From Candidatus Thorarchaeota archaeon (GTDB lineage: Archaea > Asgardarchaeota > Thorarchaeia > Thorarchaeales > Thorarchaeaceae), in contig JBHLRP010000004.1 in assembly GCA_048882485.1 (NCBI GenBank), forward strand, positions 32,001 through 96,000: a stretch of 64,000 nucleotides of DNA, written 5' to 3'. Below the pieces are notes generated by a model, which saw only the letters and a list, made by a program, of their open reading frames with translations, ran no database searches and was not told the DNA's origin. Every line of letters begins with the position of its first letter. Position 1 is the first letter of the stretch. The position numbers were made by a program, and so were the translations under genes. Positions 1-10,190 of this stretch are shown here, piece by piece.

Positions 1-112
1 TACTCAGAATACCGTCAAGGGCAGCTTCGGCTAGCTCCACAGGCTCATCATGGCGAGCCACCTTCACAACATCCTCGATGGTTAGACTAATGCCATCAAT
101 GACCACAGTCAT
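1..112 (-). CDS. hutH: Histidine ammonia-lyase, N-terminal part (runs off window)
   Basis: Hand translation from ATG 112: MTVVIDGISLTIEDVVKVARHDEPVEL, a typical HAL N-terminus; SD GAGGTGA upstream; hutU nearby. Confidence 0.8.
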   Translation of the reverse strand, partial: MTVVIDGISLTIEDVVKVARHDEPVELAEAALDGILS

Positions 113-263
113 GGATTCACCTCGTGACTCCGTGCCTTTTCCTAAGGCATGTTGGTCCTGCTTTAGTAATTACCGGAGAATGCTTCAAAGCGGCAATGTT
201 TAGAGCTGATGCAACACATTAACGAATCTGGCCCGATTTTGATTCACTGGCACAGACCAGGAT

Positions 264-947
264 TCACTGACTGTACTCGCGGGTTCGCCAGGAGGGGAAA
301 GACCGTTCATAGTCTGACCTATATGAGGCATTCTTCATTAACCTCTTACTTGTGAGTCGAGTTGCAGAGGTCAGATAGCCCTTGGCACCAGAATCATGCA
401 CATTCGACTCAAATATCACATCTCGAATGTAGTTAAGATGGAATCTGTCTTGGAAAGACTCGGTGATTTCCTCCACACTCATCCTTCTTGGTCCGGTCAT
501 TCCAGGTTGCTTGACAGAGAAGGCCAACATGAAATATGACCCTCCAGGCCTCAGAACTCTAGCAACCTGTTCGACGTATAGCGGTCGTTCCTCATCAGTC
601 AGAGCATGAAAAAGTCCCGAATCAAGCACTGCATCAAACTCAGCTTCGCAGAAGTAATAGTCCAGTTCTAACACGTCACCCACTAGGAATTCTACGTCCA
701 CTTGCCTCTCAAAGGCTTTCACCTGTGCTATCTCGATTGCTCTAGGGGTGAAATCTATGCCCACAACATCAGAGCCATTGGCAGCTAGAAAAATCGCATT
801 CTCGCCAGTCCCGCAACCTACATCCAAGATTCTTCCTGATAGATCGCGGCTATCATTAAGAGTAACAACAGCCTGTTGTGGGCGGCCAATGTCCCAAGGG
901 GGTGTGGTTTCGTAGGAGCCTGTCCATCCGCTCAATTTCAACAACAA
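264..947 (-). CDS. Class I SAM-dependent methyltransferase
   Basis: PPWDIGRPQ N-terminus, ILDVGCGTG motif I, DSGLFH. Confidence 0.85.
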   Translation of the reverse strand: MLLKLSGWTGSYETTPPWDIGRPQQAVVTLNDSRDLSGRILDVGCGTGENAIFLAANGSDVVGIDFTPRAIEIAQVKAFERQVDVEFLVGDVLELDYYFCEAEFDAVLDSGLFHALTDEERPLYVEQVARVLRPGGSYFMLAFSVKQPGMTGPRRMSVEEITESFQDRFHLNYIRDVIFESNVHDSGAKGYLTSATRLTSKRLMKNASYRSDYERSFPSWRTREYSQ

Positions 948-1000
948 GCTTTGGGAAGGGAAACAATAGTTAATATTCTTTGGTTATGGCACAACAGCAT

Positions 1001-2992
1001 TTATTGTAGCTTCTCCTTCACAATGCTCTCAATAAGTCCTTCTTCTGGCACATAAGGCAGAGTGATCTGACCTCTGTTAATCATCAACTTGTTCCATTCA
1101 ATCGCAGTTTCAATCGAATGGTCATTTCTAGCCCATGCCCGTCGAGCAACTCCACCCATCACATCCCAATCAAGGCCAAGGCGTATAATCTTGTCCACCC
1201 TCTCACTTCCATCAAGCACAAGGCCGAAGCCGCCATTGATGGCCTTCCCGGTGCCCACGCCACCCCCATTTGAGAGGACACAGAGGGTCATCCCCCTGGC
1301 TGCGTTCCCAGCCCAGACTTGATGAGCCATGTCACTTGTCACATTACTGCCATCGCGAATGTTTGCGGTTTCTCTGAAAGGAGAGTCTGTGCCACCTGTG
1401 TCATGATGGTCCCTCCCCATCATAATAGGACCAATCTCACCCTCGCGGACCTTCTTATTGAACTCCAACGCAATTTTGACTCGTCCAGCCGCATCAGTAT
1501 AGAGAATTCTTGCTTGAGAGCCAACTACCAAAGCGTTCTTCTCAGCATCTCGAATCCAGACGAAATTATCCCGATCCTGACCTCTTCTTGCTGGGTCTAT
1601 ACAGGACATAGCAGCCTGGTCGGTCTTGATCAAGTCTTCATGTTTGCCGCTCAGACACACCCAGCGAAATGGGCCATAACCATAGTCGAAACATATTGGT
1701 CCCATGATGTCCTCCACATAAGAGGGGAATATGAAACCATCATCGGGATTCTTGCCGTTCTTTGCGATGGCTGTCACCCCGGCGTCGAACACTGCTTTCA
1801 TGAAACTGTTGCCATAGTCCCAGAAGTATGAGCCTTGTCTGGTCATCTTCTGGATGAGTTCAAACTGCAGCCTCAGTGATTTGTTAACGAGAACCTTGAA
1901 TTCTTCTCGATCTGTTCTCAGGAGTTCTCGACCCTGTTCAAAGGTCAGTCCCTGGGGAGTGTATCCACCATTATAGACATCATGACAGGAGGTTTGGTCC
2001 GAAGAGAGATCTATTGGTATCCCATTATCTGCAACATACTTCCATAGATCGACAACATTTCCATAGTAGCCAATCGAAATAGGCTCATTCTTTTCCTTGT
2101 AATCTTCAACCCACTCGAAGATCTCCGCCAAATCAGCAGAGTACTTGCTCAGCCAACCTTGCTCGTGGCGGGTTTCTATGCGACTCTTGTCCACTTCTGC
2201 AATAAGACCTATGCCACCTGCAATCTCGATTGCTTTCGCCTGGGCACCGCTCATCCCGCCAAGCCCCGAGGTCAAAAACGTCCGACCTCGAAGGTCTCTG
2301 TCTTCAGGCAGTCCCAAATACATCCTTCCGGCATTGAGCAATGTAATGTAAGTCCCATGGACTATACCTTGGGGACCGATATACATCCAGCCTCCAGCTG
2401 TCATCTGCCCGTAGTTCGTGACCCCCATCGCTGCAGCTCTGTGGAACCCATCAAGGGTGTCATACATGCCAACCATAAGCCCGTTTGTCGTGATTGCACG
2501 TGGAGCAAGCTTGTGAGAAGGGAACAGACCCATCGGATGACCGGAACTGACAACAAGAGTCTGTTCATATGTCATTGTTTCTAGATACTGCTTGATGAGT
2601 CTGTACTGCATCCAGTTCTGGCAGACCTGTCCGCTCTCTCCATATGTCACGAGTTCGTAAGGATATAGCGCTATATCGAAGTCCAAGTTATTGTCAATCA
2701 TGACTTGAAGTGCTCTGGCTTCCAGGATTCCCTTGTACTCTTCTACAGGCAATGCTTTGATGGGCCCTGGAGGACGATAACGGTACCCATAGATCCGCCC
2801 TCTGGTCATCAACTCATCCAAAAACTCTGGAGCGAGTGTTTCGTGAAGATTTACTGGAATATATCTAAGAGCGTTCTTCAGCGCGATCACAGTATCAGAT
2901 TCGGATAGAGTGTATCCTCTATTCGGGGCTCTCCTGTACCGTACGTCAAACTCTGGATATGGGGGTATCTCTTGGGGGAGCTTAATGGTCAT
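1001..2992 (-). CDS. hutU: Urocanate hydratase (long form, about 660 aa)
   Basis: YGQMTAGGWMYIGPQGIVHGT, SGLGGMSGAQ, SDQTSCH, GRDHHD; start taken at MTIKLP (2992). Confidence 0.95.
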   Translation of the reverse strand: MTIKLPQEIPPYPEFDVRYRRAPNRGYTLSESDTVIALKNALRYIPVNLHETLAPEFLDELMTRGRIYGYRYRPPGPIKALPVEEYKGILEARALQVMIDNNLDFDIALYPYELVTYGESGQVCQNWMQYRLIKQYLETMTYEQTLVVSSGHPMGLFPSHKLAPRAITTNGLMVGMYDTLDGFHRAAAMGVTNYGQMTAGGWMYIGPQGIVHGTYITLLNAGRMYLGLPEDRDLRGRTFLTSGLGGMSGAQAKAIEIAGGIGLIAEVDKSRIETRHEQGWLSKYSADLAEIFEWVEDYKEKNEPISIGYYGNVVDLWKYVADNGIPIDLSSDQTSCHDVYNGGYTPQGLTFEQGRELLRTDREEFKVLVNKSLRLQFELIQKMTRQGSYFWDYGNSFMKAVFDAGVTAIAKNGKNPDDGFIFPSYVEDIMGPICFDYGYGPFRWVCLSGKHEDLIKTDQAAMSCIDPARRGQDRDNFVWIRDAEKNALVVGSQARILYTDAAGRVKIALEFNKKVREGEIGPIMMGRDHHDTGGTDSPFRETANIRDGSNVTSDMAHQVWAGNAARGMTLCVLSNGGGVGTGKAINGGFGLVLDGSERVDKIIRLGLDWDVMGGVARRAWARNDHSIETAIEWNKLMINRGQITLPYVPEEGLIESIVKEKLQ

Positions 2993-3162
2993 CGCTTTGG
3001 ACACTTCAAACGTCACAATATCACATCCCGCGGTGAGGCTCTCAATATGCACTTCCTCATAAACAAGTCGTCTCTTGGTATATTAGTTAAATGTTCCAGA
3101 GAAAGAGAGAATGACCCCACATGAAGCCATTTGCCTGCATGCACAGGCGTATCCTGTGGGGC

Positions 3163-3417
3163 TTATACCGGGACTCTGCCGTACCTAAGAAAGACCGCTC
3201 TGGCCCGCTCATTGTCAGCAATATATAGGGGCTGGCGCATGTCACTGAGATTGGGAATTCTGCGACATAGCTGTCCCTTTCGCAAGTGGCGTAGGGCAAA
3301 GGAAACCGTCCTAAGTGGAAGGTTGGCCTTCTTGCTTATCACTTTGGGCGAGTGGGGGCCTCTCTTTGTAAGAAAATCGAGTACTATCAGCGCGCTCATA
3401 GGCAACTCCATAGTCAT
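3163..3417 (-). CDS. Small winged-helix DNA-binding protein
   Basis: SPKVISKKANLPLRTVSFALRHL HTH, PNLSDMRQPLY wing; SD upstream. Confidence 0.75.
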   Translation of the reverse strand: MTMELPMSALIVLDFLTKRGPHSPKVISKKANLPLRTVSFALRHLRKGQLCRRIPNLSDMRQPLYIADNERARAVFLRYGRVPV

Positions 3418-3436
3418 TTTTTAACCACCTTTCACT

Positions 3437-3940
3437 TTATGATGTATACTTGAATGGGGAGATGACAGAACTCTCAGCACTCCATGGAACACAGTCGGAA
3501 GGAGGAGAAAGTAATTCGAAGAATTCCTGACGGGGGGATTCCTGAAGGTCTCTAGACGCAGTCCAGAGACATTCTTGTCCGATTAACTCAAGAGTGAATC
3601 CTTCATCCTGGAGAAGTATCATATAACGAAGATGCTCAATAACTTGATCTGCAAGCACCTTTGTGTCTGCTTCTTTCAAATCATCCTTTTCGCGAATACC
3701 TGATGACACCTTTGTGCTTCGCGCAGGAAGTGACAGTTCAACCTCGATTGAAACCAGATTAGCAGGATCTTGACGCTGAATCACGAGGATACGAACCCAT
3801 TCAGACTGGCAGAGTATTACTACTGATTCACCATGCTCGTTGAATCTCAGCTCCTTTATGGGAGTCGCAAGGATTTGTTCGTATCTCTTGTTCAATTCTG
3901 AGGGGTCTGTCATCTCTTTTCCCGTTACAAGATAACTCAT
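3437..3940 (-). CDS. Hypothetical protein
   Basis: 167-aa ORF co-oriented with neighbours, no recognised motif. Confidence 0.6.
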   Translation of the reverse strand: MSYLVTGKEMTDPSELNKRYEQILATPIKELRFNEHGESVVILCQSEWVRILVIQRQDPANLVSIEVELSLPARSTKVSSGIREKDDLKEADTKVLADQVIEHLRYMILLQDEGFTLELIGQECLWTASRDLQESPRQEFFELLSPPSDCVPWSAESSVISPFKYTS

Positions 3941-4040
3941 GGAAAGAATATCTATGCTCGGGAGATGTGGGATTCCTGTTTGTGCGTGCCAGCCTATGAA
4001 AAAAGCAAGAATCCGAATTCGCTGGTTCGGAAATAGGCGA

Positions 4041-4592
4041 TTAGACTATATCCTTGATGATGTTATTGTCTTGAATTGTCCCCCAAGCACAGAAGCTCAG
4101 TCTTTGCCATCTGGAGAACACATCATCGGCTCCTAGGAGATCTGCAAAATGCATTGAAAGAACTAGTCCATGAGAGATGAGGAGCCCCTCTCTGAAACCG
4201 CCCTTGTTCGTTATTCGCCCTAGTCCTGATTGAAAGCGGTTCAAAGCCTGCTCTCTCGACTCCCAGCCAGGTACTTTAATCAATCCTTTCAGAGTCCGCT
4301 CCACGGAGTGCAGGTATTCCGTGTTGGAGAGAAGTTCCTTTCCTCTGTCGAGGTCCCTAAGCTCGGAATATTCCAGAATCTCAATTCCGAGTCTATCAGC
4401 GAAAGGGCGTGCTGTCTGTAATGCTTTGCCTTCAGTAGACGAAAAGATGCAATCGACAGAATCAAAGAGGCCCGCTGAGGCAAGCGACTCAGCCTGGCGA
4501 AGGCCATCCTTGGTGAGCAGCCAGTCAGAAGCTTGAACTTTATGGTCAATCGCTGTTTCAGCATGTCTCATTAGATGTAGGATTTGAGTCAT
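4041..4592 (-). CDS. Histidine phosphatase (phosphoglycerate mutase-like) family protein
   Basis: LMRHA (variant of RHG), LTKDGLRQA, SS...KALQTA, LISHG. Confidence 0.85.
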   Translation of the reverse strand: MTQILHLMRHAETAIDHKVQASDWLLTKDGLRQAESLASAGLFDSVDCIFSSTEGKALQTARPFADRLGIEILEYSELRDLDRGKELLSNTEYLHSVERTLKGLIKVPGWESREQALNRFQSGLGRITNKGGFREGLLISHGLVLSMHFADLLGADDVFSRWQRLSFCAWGTIQDNNIIKDIV

Positions 4593-4704
4593 GATAGGTG
4601 TCATCAAGGTATCGACAAAGCCGCCAAATGATTGTATCGTTCACCTTTGGATTTATCATTTGGATTGATTGAAGAAAGGTTTTGAGTGATACGGAGGCGA
4701 TAGG

Positions 4705-5076
4705 ATGGCAGGAATCATATTCTTTCGAACCAAAGATCTTGATACAATAATTCAGTTTTATACAGAAAAACTGGGGATGATTGTCTAGCTTGAGCAGAAA
4801 GGGTGCACGATTCTGAATCATGGCAATCTTCTGCTTGGATTCTGCCAAAAGGAAGTGTGTGAATCTGAAGGTGTGATCACTTTCTTTGTAGAAGATAAAG
4901 AAGAGGTAGACACAATATACAATGGTCTTCAAGACATTGCTACAACATTACCAGCGGAGAATCATACGTATAAGATATACCAGTTCTATGCGGTGGATCC
5001 AGAGGGTAGGACCTTAGAGTTTCAATCGTTCCCGCATGAGCGAGAACCGATTAGTGTTGAGCAATTCCTGCATTAA
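4705..5076 (+). pseudogene. VOC/glyoxalase family gene with in-frame TAG at 4786-4788 (pseudogene or amber read-through)
   Basis: SD GGAGG then ATG 4705: MAGIIFFRTKDLDTIIQFYTEKLGMIV*LEQKGCTILNHGNLLLGFC, continuing in frame into ORF 4855-5076 (FYAVDPEGRTLEF). Confidence 0.8.
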
Positions 5077-5090
5077 TTATCGGACAATGT

Positions 5091-5684
5091 CTAAAGAGCA
5101 ACAAAGGCACTTGTGGCACTATCCCAGCCAAGCTTCTTTGCCTTCTTGAAGGCCTCACTAGATTCCTTATGCTTCCCAAGAAGCCAAAGAACAAGCCGCA
5201 GTTTATTCCAAAGGTCAGGATTATCTGGGTCTTCCTTGATTTCTTTTCTCACACCTTTCTCAATTTGCTTGTAGGTCTTGATCTCCATCTTGCGCTCGTT
5301 CTTAGCAGATTCGAGAACTCCATGGATATGTTCCGGCGAACGCACAAATTGGTAGGATAGAAACTCCGCAGGAGCCCCCTTTATTGCGCTATTGAGTGCA
5401 GACTGGGGAGTGTCAGCAGCTCGCCATAGTTCACCATCAACCAATTGCTTCTCACAGCCCCCTTGCATGAACTCAAGAAGTGACTCCAAATGCGTGGTGA
5501 CTGGATGGTCCTCTCCCAACAAGTGTTGAGCTTGAGACCACTCAAAATAGACTACTTCGCGACCGATATTGTCAAGAACTCTAGGAGAGCACCCTATCTT
5601 CTTCAAATCAGCAACTAGATTCTTGACTGTATACTTCTTCCTCTTCGTGAGTTTGGGGGACTTTTTCTTGGACAAGCTCCTCAC
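5091..5684 (-). CDS. Protein with C-terminal TPR-like repeat
   Basis: DPDNPDLWNKLRLVLWLLGKHKESSEAFKKA fits the TPR consensus. Confidence 0.65.
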   Translation of the reverse strand: MRSLSKKKSPKLTKRKKYTVKNLVADLKKIGCSPRVLDNIGREVVYFEWSQAQHLLGEDHPVTTHLESLLEFMQGGCEKQLVDGELWRAADTPQSALNSAIKGAPAEFLSYQFVRSPEHIHGVLESAKNERKMEIKTYKQIEKGVRKEIKEDPDNPDLWNKLRLVLWLLGKHKESSEAFKKAKKLGWDSATSAFVAL

Positions 5685-5750
5685 CTACTGAAGCACTCTA
5701 ACCATTACTTCCGGGATTAGATAAATGAAATCCATATGGACTATAAAGCA

Positions 5751-6524
5751 CTAGAACGGCAACTGAAACAGCATCCATGATGGAAGTGGAACAAAGAGCC
5801 TAACATAGATACAGCCCACTAGCAGGAAAAATGATACGAGCAGGACCGCCCAGTCCCTTCTTCTGAATCTCAATAGCTCCATATATGTTCGGTTCCCACT
5901 TGCTCCGAATCCCCTCGATTCCATACTCTCAGCCACAGACAATGCTCTTCTTATTGAAACAATAATCAGGGGAACAATGATTGGCACTATATTGCGAATA
6001 CGCTTCAGAATGTTGCCTTTGTCCAATTCCACTCCGCGGGCCTTCTGCGCATCCATGATTGCATAGGCTTCCTGTCCGAGGGTAGGAACATATCGCATAG
6101 CCATACTCATTGCAAATGCAAACTCGAATCGAACCCGCATCTGAATAAGGGCTTGAGCAAGTTGGTCGGGATGCACTGTCAAAAAGAAGATTGAGAAGGA
6201 AGTCATCAAAGCAAGAAGCCTGATGGCTAATGCTATTGAGTGCGAAAATGGATTTGAAACAGTTGAAAGTAATGTGTTAAAGATGACAATGAAGAGCAAA
6301 AGATAGGACATTCCCTTCATGCTGCGTGCCCATCTTCGGAGGGATTTAGCTGCAACGAGAAGGGGAATCATCGTCATTAGAATGATTATCAGTGGAACAA
6401 TGTTCAGAAAAAGGAGAGAGATAGCAGCAAGAGTGAAAGCTAACATCATTTTTGACCGTGGATCTAGATCATGGACCAGAGAAGCTTGGCGAGTATACTG
6501 AAACACTTCAAGAAATGACATCAT
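5751..6524 (-). CDS. ecfT: ECF transporter T component
   Basis: LDPRSK, AQKARG and MESRGF motifs; multiple TM segments. Confidence 0.9.
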   Translation of the reverse strand: MMSFLEVFQYTRQASLVHDLDPRSKMMLAFTLAAISLLFLNIVPLIIILMTMIPLLVAAKSLRRWARSMKGMSYLLLFIVIFNTLLSTVSNPFSHSIALAIRLLALMTSFSIFFLTVHPDQLAQALIQMRVRFEFAFAMSMAMRYVPTLGQEAYAIMDAQKARGVELDKGNILKRIRNIVPIIVPLIIVSIRRALSVAESMESRGFGASGNRTYMELLRFRRRDWAVLLVSFFLLVGCIYVRLFVPLPSWMLFQLPF

Positions 6525-7348
6525 GTCATACCTCCTAGTATCTCAGAGACCGCGTCTTCCAATTCTGATAGCAGCGATAGACGTTCAGGTACCTGCGGAA
6601 AGGCTCTATGAAGCGCTCGTGCTGCCAATGTTAGTTGTGGTGGTGTCAAAGAACAGCGCTCCAAAACATCATCATTACTCAAGACAGCCCCGGTCGAACC
6701 GTCCGCGACAATTCTTCCCTCAGCCATTGCTATGGTTCTTGGAAAGTTTTCAATAACGAACTCAACATCGTGGGTCACAACAATAACAGTGCGCTCTCGT
6801 TCATTGAGATCCATCAACATACGAGCAAGTCGTTCTTTCTGGTGTGCATCCTGTCCAATGGTTGGTTCGTCTAGTGCAAGAACTCCAGGCTCCGTGGCTA
6901 ATACTGTTGCTAATGCCACACGCTTTCTCTCGCCTCCGGAAAGAGCAAAGGGAGATCTCTCTGCAAAACCCTCCAGTCCAAGATTAAGAAGTGTCTTGAT
7001 ACACTGTTCTTCAGCCTCCTCTGGAGTAAAGCCCAGGTTCTTTAGTCCAAATTCAATCTCCTTCTTCACACTATCAAGAAACAGCTGGTGGTCAGGGTTC
7101 TGCCAGACAAGTCCAACAGTCCTAGAGAGTTCCGCGATTGAGAGAGACTTCGCATCGACACCATCCACGATTACCCTCCCTTTCTGAGGCCGTAGAAGCC
7201 CATTCATATGCTTGATTAGAGTTGTTTTTCCTGCTCCGTTAGTTCCCATAATGGCAACTCTTTCACCCTTCTCAATCTGTAAAGAAACTCCTTGGAGAGC
7301 TGTATAGATGCCATCATACGAGTAATGCACATTCTCCACAATTATCAA
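6521..7348 (-). CDS. ecfA: ECF transporter ATPase
   Basis: GTNGAGKTT, QNPDHQ, LSGGE, LDEPT. Confidence 0.9.
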   Translation of the reverse strand: MIIVENVHYSYDGIYTALQGVSLQIEKGERVAIMGTNGAGKTTLIKHMNGLLRPQKGRVIVDGVDAKSLSIAELSRTVGLVWQNPDHQLFLDSVKKEIEFGLKNLGFTPEEAEEQCIKTLLNLGLEGFAERSPFALSGGERKRVALATVLATEPGVLALDEPTIGQDAHQKERLARMLMDLNERERTVIVVTHDVEFVIENFPRTIAMAEGRIVADGSTGAVLSNDDVLERCSLTPPQLTLAARALHRAFPQVPERLSLLSELEDAVSEILGGMT

Positions 7349-8193
7349 TGATGGCGCACCTCCCCGACTAATGCGGCAAGCTCTTCACCAGTGAGAGGAA
7401 CTCGGCCTAATTCTTTGCCCTTAGCCTGAAGTCGCCTGTACACCTGAGTTGCTTTAGGAATCCCAATTCCAATCTCCATTGAGATGTCCATAGACAGAAC
7501 ATCTCGTGGTGGCCCGTCAGCCACAATTTGCCCCCTATCCATCAGGATTATTCTAGATGCATCCTTAGCCACAAGGTCAAGTCTATGCTCCACGAGAAGG
7601 ACTGTCATTCCATTTCGCTTGTTAAGCTCGGCAATGATATCTAGTATCAGTTCGGCACTCTTTGGATCAAGATTTGAAGTTGGCTCATCTGCCACCAACA
7701 CTTTGGGCTTAAGAGCCAATGTTGCAGCCATAGCGAGCCGCTGTTGTTCGCCTCCGCTCATCTCATGTGGATGTTTCTCTCGTAGATGTTCAAGATTCAG
7801 AAGGTCAATAATCTCCTCGACGCGCTTTCTGATTTCCTGTGGAGCCACACCAAGATTCTCGGGTCCAAAGGCAATCTCCTTCTCTACGTTCAGTGTGACT
7901 AGCTGGTTGGCTGGATTTTGAAAAACCAAGCCTACTATTGATGCCAGTTGAGCAACCGTTGCTTCGCGTGTATTGTGTCCGTCTACGTACACATTACCTG
8001 CAATATATCCTCGATGAAAATGCGGCACCAGCCCGTTGATAGCTCGACACAGAGTTGTTTTGCCACATCCAGATGGCCCCGTTACAACAACATATTCTCC
8101 CTCATTGACTGATGCATTAACCTTGCGCAGAGCAAGAAAATCAGCTCCCAGATATTTGAAGCTGAAATCCGCGAACTCGACCAAGGCCATCAA
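7345..8193 (-). CDS. ecfA: ECF transporter ATPase
   Basis: GPSGCGKTT, FQNP, MSGGEQQR, DEPTSNLD. Confidence 0.9.
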   Translation of the reverse strand: MMALVEFADFSFKYLGADFLALRKVNASVNEGEYVVVTGPSGCGKTTLCRAINGLVPHFHRGYIAGNVYVDGHNTREATVAQLASIVGLVFQNPANQLVTLNVEKEIAFGPENLGVAPQEIRKRVEEIIDLLNLEHLREKHPHEMSGGEQQRLAMAATLALKPKVLVADEPTSNLDPKSAELILDIIAELNKRNGMTVLLVEHRLDLVAKDASRIILMDRGQIVADGPPRDVLSMDISMEIGIGIPKATQVYRRLQAKGKELGRVPLTGEELAALVGEVRHH

Positions 8194-8203
8194 CCAACGC
8201 CTC

Positions 8204-9202
8204 CTAGCTAGCCTTCACTCCTACGCTTTTCTCTATTGCCAATCGGAGAAGCTCAACTGCCTTTGCCAGCCCCTTGCTTCGATTCTTTGTACCATTTGCC
8301 CCTGCTGCATTGACATGTCCTCCACCCACGCCCCCTATGATTGCCCCGATAGGCTCCATTACGTCTGTCCCCAGGTTGACACCCGTTTCTGAGGAGAATT
8401 GTCGACTACTTCGAGAACTGAATCTAACGACCCCCTTGGGGGTCTTTCCTGCAACAATGGCAACATCCGCACCAATCTCGACCATAGCTCTACATGCGCT
8501 TGCCTCATAGGCTCCTATCTTGGAAACGGCAACTATCCAACCACCCATATCATGAATCTGCAGTCGTCCAGCAGCTTTCAGTCTAGCGATTCTCTCAGAT
8601 CGGTCTGGCTTGATTACCAAGGCTCTTACACACGAGTCATAGTCAGCCCCAGCGTCTATGAGCTTCACAGCCAATTGAAAAGACTCACGTCCTGAGTGGA
8701 AGAAACGACGAGTATCAAAAATCATGCCCGTAAGAAGTATATTGGCTACACTGGAGGAGAGTGGGATTCCTAGGTCATCATATAGGCCAATGACAAGCTC
8801 ACATGTGGATGAGGCATTACTATCTACAATCTGATGCTTCGCTATTGATGACAACTCCGAATTCTCTTCATGGTGGTCAATAGCAAGGGTTCTCGAAGGG
8901 TCTGTGAGAAGGCTCCTCACACGAGGACCCAGTTGAAATTGGCTATTGGTGTCTAAGAGGATAACAAGGTCATGAAGTCCCTCTGAATAATCAGAAAAAG
9001 GAACATCAAGTGAGAAATGACTCAACACCTGATTGGACAAGCGGCTAACGTCATCACACACAAGTGTCACGTTGCCATCCGGGCGTATTGCGAGGTAGAG
9101 GTCTCTTACTGCGACCATAGAACAAACTGCATCAGGATCTGCGTTCTGGTGACCCAGTATTAGGGGGTTCGATGACTCAGCAAGAAGAGATCTGAATCTC
9201 AA
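8204..9202 (-). CDS. DHH family phosphoesterase
   Basis: HQNADPDA, IDHH, GGGHVNAAG; conserved position at the end of the exosome superoperon. Confidence 0.9.
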   Translation of the reverse strand: MRFRSLLAESSNPLILGHQNADPDAVCSMVAVRDLYLAIRPDGNVTLVCDDVSRLSNQVLSHFSLDVPFSDYSEGLHDLVILLDTNSQFQLGPRVRSLLTDPSRTLAIDHHEENSELSSIAKHQIVDSNASSTCELVIGLYDDLGIPLSSSVANILLTGMIFDTRRFFHSGRESFQLAVKLIDAGADYDSCVRALVIKPDRSERIARLKAAGRLQIHDMGGWIVAVSKIGAYEASACRAMVEIGADVAIVAGKTPKGVVRFSSRSSRQFSSETGVNLGTDVMEPIGAIIGGVGGGHVNAAGANGTKNRSKGLAKAVELLRLAIEKSVGVKAS

Positions 9203-9510
9203 TTAGTCTTCAGCTCCTTCAGGCGCTTTTCCAACCACTCAGTACCATATCGCGTTGCGTCATCCAGAATCTCGTCTAGTTGATTTCCAGTGTCGTAGCT
9301 TTGCTCCAGATTTATCTGAATATCGACATCAAGCTCTTCATCGAATTCCAGAATGCAACTAACGGAGATTTCTGCCACGCTCTTCTTGGGAATCTTGCCA
9401 AGAATGAATTTGGTTATCTCGTCCTCACACTGCTCAGCAAGACTCTCTATCTGCTGATCATCGAGACTGGGCAATCCAATCTCAGTTGGTGTGGGACACA
9501 TGTGATTCAC
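9199..9510 (-). CDS. DUF3194-like protein
   Basis: IGLPSL..QIESLAE N-terminus; synteny after pfdB. Confidence 0.65.
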   Translation of the reverse strand: MNHMCPTPTEIGLPSLDDQQIESLAEQCEDEITKFILGKIPKKSVAEISVSCILEFDEELDVDIQINLEQSYDTGNQLDEILDDATRYGTEWLEKRLKELKTN

Positions 9511-9869
9511 TGGACCTTTAGGTTTCGCTTGGAGATATCAAGCTGAATCTGAGCGTTTAACTCTTCAATCTCCTTCCTGTCCTTTTCAGCGGCTTTCGTC
9601 CTAAGCTCAAGCCATTCCCGGAGATTAGCCACTCTATCAGTGAGTTCGCTCTGAAGCTGTGCCTTGTCAACTTTGAACATGATTTGACCTACAGTCTTGT
9701 ATGTGACTGCCTCATCAGGATACTTCTTCATCTCTTCTAAGGTGACTTCTGCCTCTCTCAATTCGGCCTGTCGTGTTTGAATTGCGGCCATCAGCTGTTC
9801 GAGCTGCTGTTGCTTTATTACTAGCTTTCTTACCTCGTTTTCGACTTCTGGTGGAATTGGCTGTGCCAT
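9507..9869 (-). CDS. pfdB: Prefoldin beta subunit
   Basis: Coiled coils flanking YKTVGQIMFKV hairpin; synteny. Confidence 0.85.
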   Translation of the reverse strand: MAQPIPPEVENEVRKLVIKQQQLEQLMAAIQTRQAELREAEVTLEEMKKYPDEAVTYKTVGQIMFKVDKAQLQSELTDRVANLREWLELRTKAAEKDRKEIEELNAQIQLDISKRNLKVQ

Positions 9870-9926
9870 CTTTATCTTCTCCTCTTGATGCGAGGTTTAC
9901 TTCGCCTGCGCCTTCTGGCAAGCGAC

Positions 9927-10190
9927 TTAAGGATTTTGGCCTAGGACAGCATCTATTGTGTCAAGACTAGCTGAAACCCATGCGATATACGAATTCATTG
10001 CAGCCCTCAGCGAGGTCAAGTCACCAGATGAAATTTCAATGACTAGGACTGAGCCGCGTACAATCACTTCAACACGAGCCCTATCTGATGGAGCAGAGTG
10101 GGTTTCGGGATTAATTGCAGAACGAATTGCTTCGGCGAGCTCTTTTGATTCCATTGGGATTTCGATAACTGCTCGTCCATGCCCTATCAA
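9927..10190 (-). CDS. pcc1: KEOPS complex subunit Pcc1
   Basis: AINPE...DLTSLRAAMNSY; TTG start at 10190 overlaps the stop of the Brix gene. Confidence 0.85.
   Translation of the reverse strand: MIGHGRAVIEIPMESKELAEAIRSAINPETHSAPSDRARVEVIVRGSVLVIEISSGDLTSLRAAMNSYIAWVSASLDTIDAVLGQNP

Noticed and set aside
4558-4932. 124-aa minus-strand ORF
   Set aside because: Antisense to the TAG-interrupted VOC gene, which has an SD and family motifs.
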